A stretch of 64,000 nucleotides of DNA from an uncultured Bdellovibrionales bacterium (lineage in GTDB: Bacteria > Patescibacteriota > Minisyncoccia > Moranbacterales > UBA1568): NCBI GenBank assembly GCA_964543815.1, contig CAZIZG010000005.1, forward strand, positions 9,424-73,423, in the 5' to 3' direction. The notes beneath the pieces are model-generated. The model had not been told where the DNA came from, searched no databases, and worked only from the letters and a program-made list of their open reading frames with translations. Shown in pieces: positions 47,603-55,986 of this stretch (position 1 is its first letter; each line of letters starts with the position of its first letter). The position numbers and the translations under genes are program-made.

Positions 47603-49120
47603 ATGAAATGGCTTCCCTCTCTCCTGCTGCTCCTCGGAGCGGCGGGTGCGTGGGCTGGTCAACCACCAGACCACAGGATCGAGCCAGGTGAAACGCTTGG
47701 CAAGATCGCGCAGAAGTACGGTTACGACTACAAGGTGCTTGGCGCCTTCAATGGTCTGACCAATCCGAACAAGATCCAGGCAGGAGCGATGATCCGGTTT
47801 CCGGCTCGTGGTGCCTCGCCTGCGATCAAGTCAGAACTTTCGTGCATTACGCTCGGTGCTGCTCCCTTCAACCCGGAGCACGTACTGAAGCGGACGCTCG
47901 AGGGTATCGACCTGCTTCAGACGCTGACCCCTCAACAACGGGAGTTGGCCAAGAACAAGGTTCTGCTCGGCGAGGTCGCAACGAGGAACGAATTGGTGGG
48001 GCAGCAAATCTTCACGGAAATGTTGTACCAATCCAAGTTCGGCAAGAAGCAAGTGGTGCACGTGTTCGGCAAGCCGATTTGCAGCCCGGAACAAGGGGGG
48101 CAGCCGGAGGTGATGAACACGTATGACCTGGGTGAGGGGGTATTTCTCTCCATCCCACGTCGGTGCGGCAACCCGTCAGTTTTCACCAAGCCGGTGAAGC
48201 CGACAACTCCGCCCCCGCCACCTCCTCCGCCACCAGCTACCACTCCCGATCCGACTCCTCCGGTGACATCACAACCCGATGAACCCGTAGAAGTTGAGCG
48301 GGTGGCACGTGACTACGATTGGGACGCGGGTCTCTTCGTAGGTGGCGACAAGGACGTGCGCTTTGCCGGTGGTGAAGGTGCTGGTTACCCGGTCATCAAG
48401 TATTACGACTGGGGACGCTACGCCCTCGGTGGTGGTGGTTCGTTTAGCCTCTGGAACGGCGGTACGCCTGATGGGTACCGCTACCGGGGTGAAACGGCTG
48501 CCTTTGGTCTGGCTCAGAAGTTTTCGTTCACAGGCGGTCGTGATCTGGGAGTCAAGTTCCCGATGTACGGTGACCTGTGGACGAGGGGTCATGACGCGAG
48601 TGGCAAGTACCAGCAGAAGACGCATGCCAGCATGCTCTGCGCTTCAGTGAGTTATACCGATGCTTCCCGTGAAAAGGAAGGCAAGACGGTGGCTCCCGAG
48701 TGGCAGCTGTGGGCATCGTTCTGCGACCCGTTCTCGCAGACCAAGTCGCACAGTTACGACGGCAAGCCTCTCGATGCGGCGACGATTCCCAACGTGAAGT
48801 ACGTGGCGGGCGTCGGCGGTCGGGTGATTCTGTCGAAGAATCTGGGCGACAGCGGTCTCGCGGCGAAGTTGCAACCGTTTGTGGAAGTGGGTGTCAATCA
48901 GACGGCGCCTAACCCACTCTCTGGACACGCCTACATCGGCCTGCGAACGGTCAACAAGGTGTGGGGTTGTGGAATCGGCGTGCACTACGCTGAGACCGGC
49001 AGTCTCCCCGGAGCTACCTGTACGTACGACCTCGGTCGTGACGTCAAGCTCCGGATCCAGAAGGAACGGTGGGATGCAATGATTCGGAGCCTCGAAGCTC
49101 TGGGTGTTGCTACCGACTGA
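47603..49120 (+). CDS. secreted LysM protein with Pro-rich linker and putative beta-barrel C-terminal domain
   Basis: AAGGAG SD; signal AGAWA; LysM HRIEPGETLGKIAQKYG...NPNKIQAG; TTPPPPPPPPP linker; Gly/aromatic alternating strands. Confidence 0.75.
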   Translation: MKWLPSLLLLLGAAGAWAGQPPDHRIEPGETLGKIAQKYGYDYKVLGAFNGLTNPNKIQAGAMIRFPARGASPAIKSELSCITLGAAPFNPEHVLKRTLEGIDLLQTLTPQQRELAKNKVLLGEVATRNELVGQQIFTEMLYQSKFGKKQVVHVFGKPICSPEQGGQPEVMNTYDLGEGVFLSIPRRCGNPSVFTKPVKPTTPPPPPPPPPATTPDPTPPVTSQPDEPVEVERVARDYDWDAGLFVGGDKDVRFAGGEGAGYPVIKYYDWGRYALGGGGSFSLWNGGTPDGYRYRGETAAFGLAQKFSFTGGRDLGVKFPMYGDLWTRGHDASGKYQQKTHASMLCASVSYTDASREKEGKTVAPEWQLWASFCDPFSQTKSHSYDGKPLDAATIPNVKYVAGVGGRVILSKNLGDSGLAAKLQPFVEVGVNQTAPNPLSGHAYIGLRTVNKVWGCGIGVHYAETGSLPGATCTYDLGRDVKLRIQKERWDAMIRSLEALGVATD

Positions 49121-49260
49121 TAGACACTCCTCTCTCATGTAAAGTCCGAGACAGAATAAGTCTCAAGGCGAGCCTCTCAAGGGGCCGCCTCATAAAAAGT
49201 GTACGCTCTGACGTACTGGCTCATGGAGAGTAGGAAAACAGTCGCGACATCGTTCGCACA

Positions 49261-49305
49261 ATCAGGGCAGGAAGTTCATCCGAACGACCTGCCCTTGATC
49301 TTTTT
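49261..49305 (+). terminator. intrinsic terminator
   Basis: ATCAGGGCAGG/CCTGCCCTTGAT followed by a T-tract. Confidence 0.7.
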
Positions 49306-49333
49306 ATACCTCCATAAAGCCATAATTTAGATA

Positions 49334-49362
49334 TTGACAAAACAGGGAAAAGGGTGTATACT
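49334..49362 (+). promoter_or_regulatory. sigma70-type promoter for orphan 49492
   Basis: TTGACA(49334-49339)-17 nt-TATACT(49357-49362). Confidence 0.8.
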
Positions 49363-49491
49363 GAGTCGTTCAGTGGAAATCTCGTATGAGGTATCTCCTG
49401 AACGGTTTCGAATGTGCCTGAACATCCCAACCTCGGTTGGGTCGATGTGTCAGGCACATCTCATCACCCAACCACGTGCAAGGAGCACACC

Positions 49492-50103
49492 ATGTCGAAG
49501 AAGTTCGTTCTCATCGCTCTGACCGCCATCGCGGCCATCACCACCAATGCCTGGTCCGCTGGTGACCCCCTGAAGGGTGTCGCTGGCTACGATTCGGCAG
49601 GTGGCAGCAGCATCACGCTCACGGCCTCGGCGGTGAAGGACAAGTCCTACACCATCACCATCGCCGGCATGATCGGCGTCACGCCCGACGCGCTGAATGG
49701 CCTGACGCCCTACGCCAAGGTCATGGACGTCCCCCTGAAGAAGGAGGTCGGCCTGTACAAGCTGCCCGAAGGAACCAAGGTGTACGCCATGGGCCTGGGC
49801 CGTGACTGGGGCGACATGAGCGAGGAATTGGCCAAGATCGAGCTGGCCAAGGCCAAGGCCGAAGCCACGCTGGGCGCCGACGGCAAGCTCACCTTCACCT
49901 TCACCAAGGGCGAGGAACGCTGCCGGACGGTCAATTGGGTGGCGGTGCTGCCGGGCGGCGAGCAGCGCGCCTGGGGTGGTCATCCCGGCGCCTGGGTTGC
50001 CAAGAACGTGAACGATTCGCCGCGCACCGCCTGGTGCTTCCAAGGCGACAAGGTCGTCCAGATGGACCAGGCCACCAAGGTGGCGCTGGCCGGCAAGAAG
50101 TAG
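49492..50103 (+). CDS. orphan secreted protein (203 aa), very high GC3
   Basis: AAGGAG SD at 49480-49485; signal MSKKFVLIALTAIAAITTNAWSA; nearly all codons end in G or C. Confidence 0.85.
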   Translation: MSKKFVLIALTAIAAITTNAWSAGDPLKGVAGYDSAGGSSITLTASAVKDKSYTITIAGMIGVTPDALNGLTPYAKVMDVPLKKEVGLYKLPEGTKVYAMGLGRDWGDMSEELAKIELAKAKAEATLGADGKLTFTFTKGEERCRTVNWVAVLPGGEQRAWGGHPGAWVAKNVNDSPRTAWCFQGDKVVQMDQATKVALAGKK

Positions 50104-50146
50104 CCAAGGCGGCCACAGCAGCTCCGCGTCAGTGACGCGGTTCCAA

Positions 50147-50189
50147 AGGAGTTTCAAAGTACACTGTACTGCGAAACTCCTCTTTTTTT
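50147..50189 (+). terminator. intrinsic terminator
   Basis: AGGAGTTTC...GAAACTCCT with T-tract, preceded by a CCGCGTC/GACGCGG hairpin at 50124-50140. Confidence 0.75.
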
Positions 50190-50234
50190 ATTCAAAAATA
50201 TCCCCAGGCTACTCTTTTCATCTTGCTTCTTTCC

Positions 50235-50275
50235 TAATTCCTCACTTTCTTACGACCGTGAAAAAGTGAGGAATT
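50235..50275 (-). repeat. palindromic element, copy 1 (downstream of the PaaX/Cas2-like gene)
   Basis: minus strand TTCCTCACTTTTTCACGGTCGTAAGAAAGTGAGGAATTA. Confidence 0.9.
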
Positions 50276-50278
50276 TAT

Positions 50279-50827
50279 TTATTTGAGTTTGAATAACTTT
50301 TTTAACACCGCTTCGTTGTTTATATATTCGGCCGTAATAATGCGGACAAATGGTTCTGCTTGATAGAGTTTTACGAGAGATGTTATCTCCTTTTCACACG
50401 GGAAGGGAAAGATAAACACACTGTGTTGAAGTTCGTGAAATCCTACCGCTTTGAGATGAGAACGGAAGATATCACGGAATTTTCTGTGTTTTTCCGGGAT
50501 ATCGAAGAGTACTAATCGCCACAAGCTATCCCAATGCTTTGGATTCTTTATCTTTATACCTAAAAGTTGGCCAAGAGTCGCGCGTCGTCTGCCCTCGGTG
50601 GTGAGGTGTAGCGAAACTGATCCATCAGAGTGTTTTTTCTCAAAAATGAGTTGGTGCGAATAAAGTGAACGAACAGTCCTGGTTAGATTTGAGTGGTTGA
50701 TTTTCCGCCATTCTTTGCTGGCTAGGCTGAGTATTCGGAAGCTTTGTTTTGGAGAAGAAGAGCAGCTCAGAGCTATTCCGCTGAGAAGGAGTAAGAGGAC
50801 TTTTTCTTGTGCTGTTCCAGGTTTCAT
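50279..50827 (-). CDS. PaaX-like protein (winged-helix plus Cas2-like ferredoxin domain)
   Basis: LTTEGRR wing, WDSLWRLVLFDIPEKHRKFRD, GFHELQHSVF; start at 50827 (alternative 50845). Confidence 0.8.
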   Translation of the reverse strand: MKPGTAQEKVLLLLLSGIALSCSSSPKQSFRILSLASKEWRKINHSNLTRTVRSLYSHQLIFEKKHSDGSVSLHLTTEGRRRATLGQLLGIKIKNPKHWDSLWRLVLFDIPEKHRKFRDIFRSHLKAVGFHELQHSVFIFPFPCEKEITSLVKLYQAEPFVRIITAEYINNEAVLKKLFKLK

Positions 50828-50837
50828 AATTCTTGCT

Positions 50838-50876
50838 TTCCTCATTTTTTCACGGTCGTGAGAAAATGAGGAATTA
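50838..50876 (+). repeat. palindromic element, copy 2 (upstream of the PaaX/Cas2-like gene), inverted relative to copy 1
   Basis: TTCCTCATTTTTTCACGGTCGTGAGAAAATGAGGAATTA; 36/39 identical to copy 1. Confidence 0.9.
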
Positions 50877-50903
50877 AAGAAGGAGAAAAGTAGCAACGAA
50901 GAA

Positions 50904-52283
50904 TTATTTTTTTTCTGAATTTTTTTGGTCGGAGAGGGCAAGGAGAGCACCAAAGGCGGTGAAGAACAACCATTGGACTGGCGTGTTTTTGAAAATGTTG
51001 TCCGTTAACGCCGAGAGTTCGAGGGTGACGAAGAAAACAAAGAGGATACCAAAGGCAATCTGGAGGGCGCTGCCCCGACGACTGCTTCGGTAACGGCGAA
51101 TGAGTAGTGTAGCGATAGATCCAAGGTAGGTGATGAGTGCCACGACACCAATGACGCCACCTTCGACATAAAATTTTACCAGATCATTATGGGGATCATT
51201 GGGACCGTGATTGGTACCACGGACACTCTCGGAAATTCTGGGAAAGGTATCCATGCCGGCACCGAGGAGTACTCGATTGTCCTGACGGGTAGCGACGGTA
51301 ACATCGTTCCAGAGAGTCTGACGCCAGACAATCGAGCTATCGGGATCAGGATGAAAGCTTTCAGAAACACGTGATTGGAAACTCGGCGAAAAGACAAAGA
51401 GGACGAAAGGAAACAGAAAAAGAGGAAAGAGGAGTAGTCGGTATCGGAAGAGTGCTACGAGAAAAACAAAGAGAAAGAGGGCGACCCAGGCGACCCGGGC
51501 GAAAGTAAGGAGGAGCATGGTGGCAAAAATACCGAGGATAGCGAGCATGAGGATGCGCTTCAGGCCGCTTTCGGCGAAGAGAACGAGGTACATCACCCCA
51601 AAGACAATCATGGCAAAGAGGTAGAGTGAATAGACGTTCGGGTGACTAAAGGTACCAAAGATGCGGAGAATCGAGACATTTTCATCCGAGAGGCCAATAT
51701 GAAACACAAACTGGTAGAGGCCAAAGAGAATCGGGAGGATGCTCGAGATAAAAAAGGCTTGGAGGAGGTATTGAAAATCACGGGTAGTCCGGATAGTAGC
51801 ATAGGCGAGAAAGCCGAGAGCAAACAAATCAAAGACGCGGAGGAGCTCCTGGAGCGTCACTCGAGGATAGAGGGAGTAGAGGAGGGTGAGTCCACCCCAG
51901 AGAAAAATGACTAAAAAAGGGAAGTTGAGAGGAAAGCGTGGGAGAGTGGCACGCTTCAAGATGAGTACGAGTATTCCAAGGAAGGCAATGCCGACGCCGA
52001 CTAGCTGTGAAAGGGTGAGAGTGATGTCGTAGAGAGTGATACTCACGTACTGTGATGAGTAGTCGAGGGACATACGTACGATGACGAGGAGAAAAAGGAG
52101 GAGGAGTGGGGATTGAAACAAGAGAACAAGCGAAAGTATCCCCACGACAAAAAGTGGCGCGATGAAAAGCGAAAGGTGGAGCACCAGTGAGAGCGCGAGA
52201 CCTACCAGGAGCACAGTTCCGAGTGCTCCAATGAGGAACGGGTGACGAAGGACGGCAAAGGGGTTGTCAGTAGGATTTGTCAT
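50904..52283 (-). CDS. O-antigen ligase/polymerase family protein (WaaL/Wzy)
   Basis: polytopic; RIFGTFSHPN, LTFARVAW, PHNDLVKFYVEGG. Confidence 0.85.
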   Translation of the reverse strand: MTNPTDNPFAVLRHPFLIGALGTVLLVGLALSLVLHLSLFIAPLFVVGILSLVLLFQSPLLLLFLLVIVRMSLDYSSQYVSITLYDITLTLSQLVGVGIAFLGILVLILKRATLPRFPLNFPFLVIFLWGGLTLLYSLYPRVTLQELLRVFDLFALGFLAYATIRTTRDFQYLLQAFFISSILPILFGLYQFVFHIGLSDENVSILRIFGTFSHPNVYSLYLFAMIVFGVMYLVLFAESGLKRILMLAILGIFATMLLLTFARVAWVALFLFVFLVALFRYRLLLFPLFLFPFVLFVFSPSFQSRVSESFHPDPDSSIVWRQTLWNDVTVATRQDNRVLLGAGMDTFPRISESVRGTNHGPNDPHNDLVKFYVEGGVIGVVALITYLGSIATLLIRRYRSSRRGSALQIAFGILFVFFVTLELSALTDNIFKNTPVQWLFFTAFGALLALSDQKNSEKK

Positions 52284-52291
52284 GATTTCAC

Positions 52292-52945
52292 TTACTGGTG
52301 TTTATCCCAAATGACTGTAAAGGTCATTGGTAGGCCACAGAAACGGTTTTTGATAAGCGTGTAGTTACTGATACCAACTTCAGAAAAAAGACGTCTCAAG
52401 TCAGATTCTGAGAGGAGAGACATATAGTCACCAGCTGCCCAGGATTTGCCAATCCAGGTGACGAAACGATCAAAATTTTTTTTGGAGAGGAGGAGGTGGA
52501 GGAGTGGTATGCGGGTATGGAGTTCAACCGGGAAGTGACGGTTGGGGGTGGTGAGGTAGCCACGGCCACTGATTCGGACGAGCTCCGAAAGGAAGCGCCG
52601 TTGATCATCAAAGTTTCCGACGTGTTCGATAACAGCATTGGAATAGGCGATAGCAAAAGTATCATCCGGAAAGGTTAGGGCTCGGCCATCGCCCGAGAGA
52701 CTGGTGACGAGGGGGTAGCGCTCTTTGAAGGCGGTAAAATCTCCGAGGCCAACGACGGTAATTTTTTCTGGATGCGGATAAAATTTTTCTAAGTAGTTAT
52801 CGGTATCGGAATATTCGGTAGTGTTGACTCCAACATCAACAATAGTCTCCTCTGGTTTTGGGGAGATGAGAGTGAGAAACTGGGTAAATTTTTTCTTCCG
52901 GCTCTCGGCGGAGATAGAGTAGGCGATTCTTTCAATGATAGACAC
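52292..52945 (-). CDS. class I SAM-dependent methyltransferase
   Basis: IVDVG, GDGRALTFPD, SNAVIEHVG, TTPNRHFP. Confidence 0.85.
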   Translation of the reverse strand: MSIIERIAYSISAESRKKKFTQFLTLISPKPEETIVDVGVNTTEYSDTDNYLEKFYPHPEKITVVGLGDFTAFKERYPLVTSLSGDGRALTFPDDTFAIAYSNAVIEHVGNFDDQRRFLSELVRISGRGYLTTPNRHFPVELHTRIPLLHLLLSKKNFDRFVTWIGKSWAAGDYMSLLSESDLRRLFSEVGISNYTLIKNRFCGLPMTFTVIWDKHQ

Positions 52946-53020
52946 AGTGTTGTTCTTAGGTCTTTTTTTACCTATAATGCCATTATAACGGGTATTCTAG
53001 AGAGAGCAAAGCTTGTAAAT

Positions 53021-54247
53021 ATGCGTGTTCTCCTTATCGACAAATATCATCGGCAGTATGCTGGTCCGCAGCGGTTGTATTTTGATACAGCCAAACTGTT
53101 AGAGTCACAGGGTCACGAAGTGGCTTTTTTTGCTATGGCCCATCCCAAGAATGAAGAGACAGTTTGGAGTCGTTTCTTTGTTGATCAGGTAGACTACGAA
53201 GAAGCGAATCAGCTGTCGTTTTGGGATAAGGTAAAAGTGGCCCGAAACATTATTTGGAATCCTCAGGCCAAGAAAAATCTGGAAGCGCTCATTGATGAAT
53301 TTAAGCCTGATGTGGCACATTTGTTTGTGACGTATCATCAGTTGTCACCGTCGATTATTTGGGCCCTCAAGGGTCGGGGAATTCCCATGGTGATGACGCT
53401 CTGTGACTATAAGCTTGCCTCGCCCAATTACAGTTTGTTTGTTCGTGGTCAAATCTGGGAGCATGCCTCTGGTTTTCGTTGTCTCGCTGATCGCTGCGTT
53501 AAGGATTCTTATGGAAAGAGTCTCGTTTGTGTGTTAGAGCAATGGTTCCATAGGATTATCGGTACCTATGGCAAGGTTGATGCTTACATTGGACTCAGCC
53601 AGTTCCTCATCGATACCTATAAACGCCTTGGGTTTCCCTATTTGATAATGCTCTTACCACAGCCATTAGTGCCCTTGCCTGACGTCAATGCCCCGCTCCC
53701 TGAAAAAATGAGTAAAAATTTTCTCTATTTTGGTCGGCTGTCGGCTGAAAAGGGGATAGCTACTCTCATTCAATCCTTTAGCGAACTGAATGATGGTGAG
53801 ACTCTTTCTATCATTGGATTTGGTCCGGAAGAAGAGCGTTTGAAGCGATTAGTCTCAGAGCTTGGGCTAGAGAATAAAGTTTCGTTCTTGGGTCCGGTGT
53901 ACGGCGATGATTTGAAAGAGCGATTATCGTTTGCCCGAGCGGTCGTGGTACCATCGGAGTGGTATGAGAATACGCCCTATGCTCTGCTTGAAACGTTGGC
54001 CTCCGGGACACCAGTGATAGCCGCTCGTGTAGGATCACTCCCTGAGCGCGTACGCGACAACTACAATGGACTCCTTTTTACCCCGGGTGATGCTCATGAT
54101 TTGGCTGAGAAAATGAAACAAATTTTGACCTTGGACACACCATCGCTTCAGAAATGCGCCAGAGAGAGTGTTCTTCCGCTGGATCAAAAAAGCTACCTGG
54201 CAGTCCTTATAGACCTCTATTCTTCCCTTATCAAAGCCAAAAAGTAG
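53021..54247 (+). CDS. glycosyltransferase family 4
   Basis: GRLSAEKG, PSEWYENTPYALLE. Confidence 0.9.
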   Translation: MRVLLIDKYHRQYAGPQRLYFDTAKLLESQGHEVAFFAMAHPKNEETVWSRFFVDQVDYEEANQLSFWDKVKVARNIIWNPQAKKNLEALIDEFKPDVAHLFVTYHQLSPSIIWALKGRGIPMVMTLCDYKLASPNYSLFVRGQIWEHASGFRCLADRCVKDSYGKSLVCVLEQWFHRIIGTYGKVDAYIGLSQFLIDTYKRLGFPYLIMLLPQPLVPLPDVNAPLPEKMSKNFLYFGRLSAEKGIATLIQSFSELNDGETLSIIGFGPEEERLKRLVSELGLENKVSFLGPVYGDDLKERLSFARAVVVPSEWYENTPYALLETLASGTPVIAARVGSLPERVRDNYNGLLFTPGDAHDLAEKMKQILTLDTPSLQKCARESVLPLDQKSYLAVLIDLYSSLIKAKK

Positions 54248-54261
54248 CTTATTTCCAGCTC

Positions 54262-54290
54262 TTGACAAAACTGAAAAAATAGTGTAATAT
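54262..54290 (+). promoter_or_regulatory. sigma70-type promoter
   Basis: TTGACA-17 nt-TAATAT. Confidence 0.7.
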
Positions 54291-54323
54291 GACCCGTTAA
54301 CAGTAATTCGGGTGATATTTCCT

Positions 54324-55325
54324 ATGGGAAAGAAATGTCTGGTACTGGGTGGGGACGGATTCCTCGGCAGTCACTTGGTTGACGATCTCTTGGCACGCGG
54401 CTATGACGTGCGGGTGTTTGATCGTTTCCGTAAAGGACATATCAAAAACTTGAATCACGTAAAGGGGAAAATCGAGATTCACAAGGGAGACTTTTTGAAC
54501 AAGCGACACCTTTCTCGGGCACTTCAGGGTGTGGAGTATGTTTTTCACTTCGTGTCACTGAGTACGCCAGCTTCTACTGCCAATGACCCGCAGCGGGAAA
54601 TCAAACTGAACCTCGAGGGGACGCTTCAGCTTCTTGATTTGTGTGTGAAATATGGCGTGAAGAAAGTAATCTATCCTTCCTCAGGTGGAGCAGTATATGG
54701 GAATGCCCTCGATGAGGTGGCAGATGAAACAACTCAGCCTCGCCCGATGTCGCCGTATGCGGTGACTAAGCTCGCTATCGAAGAGCATTTACACTACTAT
54801 CGCCGCCAGCACAACTTACCGTTTGTTATTTACCGTATCGCCAATCCCTACGGTGAACGTCAGGATCCGAATGGTATTCAAGGAGCTATCCCGATTTTCA
54901 TGAAGCACATGATGAAAAATGAGCTGCTTGAGCTCTATGGGAATACCGTTCGCGACTACGTATATGTCAAGGATGTGACCGGCTTTATTGCTGAGAACTT
55001 TGCCATAAAGCACAAGAATTCAACCTATAATGTTGGGAGTGGTCGCGGAGTGGCTCTCTTTGAGTTGGTGCTCATGTTGGCCAAAACAACGCAGTCGATG
55101 CCTCGTATCAAACGTTTGGAAAAACGTCCGTTTGACGTCCAAAAAATCGTACTTGATATTAGTCGCTCCAGTGAAGAATTTGGCTTCTATCCGATTACCA
55201 GTCTTGAGGTTGGTCTTGAAAAGACCTATGCTTTTCTCAAACAAAAATATGCCCACGAAGCCGTGGTGCGTACCTCATGGTTTGACATGAATGTTGCAAA
55301 GTTCATAAAATGGGACCGAGTCTAA
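54324..55325 (+). CDS. NAD-dependent nucleotide-sugar epimerase/dehydratase
   Basis: GGDGFLG, SSGGAVYG, YAVTK (YxxxK), RDYVYV. Confidence 0.92.
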   Translation: MGKKCLVLGGDGFLGSHLVDDLLARGYDVRVFDRFRKGHIKNLNHVKGKIEIHKGDFLNKRHLSRALQGVEYVFHFVSLSTPASTANDPQREIKLNLEGTLQLLDLCVKYGVKKVIYPSSGGAVYGNALDEVADETTQPRPMSPYAVTKLAIEEHLHYYRRQHNLPFVIYRIANPYGERQDPNGIQGAIPIFMKHMMKNELLELYGNTVRDYVYVKDVTGFIAENFAIKHKNSTYNVGSGRGVALFELVLMLAKTTQSMPRIKRLEKRPFDVQKIVLDISRSSEEFGFYPITSLEVGLEKTYAFLKQKYAHEAVVRTSWFDMNVAKFIKWDRV

Positions 55326-55397
55326 GACCCATCCTCATGTTTTACTGAAAACGTCAGTTTTTAGTAGAGTTGTTTGACAATCACAGTGGAGATCCTT

Positions 55398-55886
55398 ATG
55401 TTGCGAATTTTTTTTCGTGCTTGCATCGCGTTCATGAGTGCGTTCGCTATCCTGCTGGCGGGAAGCGTGATCCTAAGCTACGCTCATGCCGCCGAGTCCA
55501 AGGGCTTTTCGGCTACCTATGTGGCCAAGGACGCTCATTTGGCGCAGGTCTATCTCTTTGTGGAGTATTACTCCGCTGGGAGGACAGCGACGAGTCCGGC
55601 GGCTAAGAAACTGGCCAGGGAATTGAATCGGGCGCTCAGTACTTCATTTCAACCAATCATGGGAGGCGGCAGGGGTGCTGTGCGGGCACACTGCAACATC
55701 GTTCTCCGTGATTGGAAAGACGGGGAAGGTGATCCGAACTTCCAGGTTCGTTGTGAGACATCGGCAGGTGGAACTGAAGTGGCGCCATTCGTTTCGATGG
55801 ACCTGCCGGAAACGGTCGCAGACGTGATGAAGCTCGTCAACGCTTTGATGATTGAGCACAGGCGTCGTATCGCACATCCCGGCTAA
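55398..55886 (+). CDS. orphan secreted protein (162 aa)
   Basis: GGAG SD at 55388-55391; signal ending in YAHA-A; terminator at 55903-55934. Confidence 0.7.
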   Translation: MLRIFFRACIAFMSAFAILLAGSVILSYAHAAESKGFSATYVAKDAHLAQVYLFVEYYSAGRTATSPAAKKLARELNRALSTSFQPIMGGGRGAVRAHCNIVLRDWKDGEGDPNFQVRCETSAGGTEVAPFVSMDLPETVADVMKLVNALMIEHRRRIAHPG

Positions 55887-55986
55887 GTCTCGCATGGCGT
55901 ATGCAGCCACGGTAATACCGCTCGGCTGTTTTTTATTTTCTGAAGGTATCCTCTATACTGAGAGAGGCATTACTTCAAAAAAATGT

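Noticed and set aside
48203-48262. C-rich tract
   Set aside because: It is the poly-proline linker, with mixed codons.
49450-50157. 235-aa minus-strand ORF
   Set aside because: Antisense shadow of the high-GC3 gene 49492-50103, which has the SD, signal peptide and promoter.
50235-50876. Possible CRISPR array because of palindromic repeats and a Cas2-like domain
   Set aside because: Only two copies, inverted and about 560 bp apart, with no spacers and no cas1 or effector genes.
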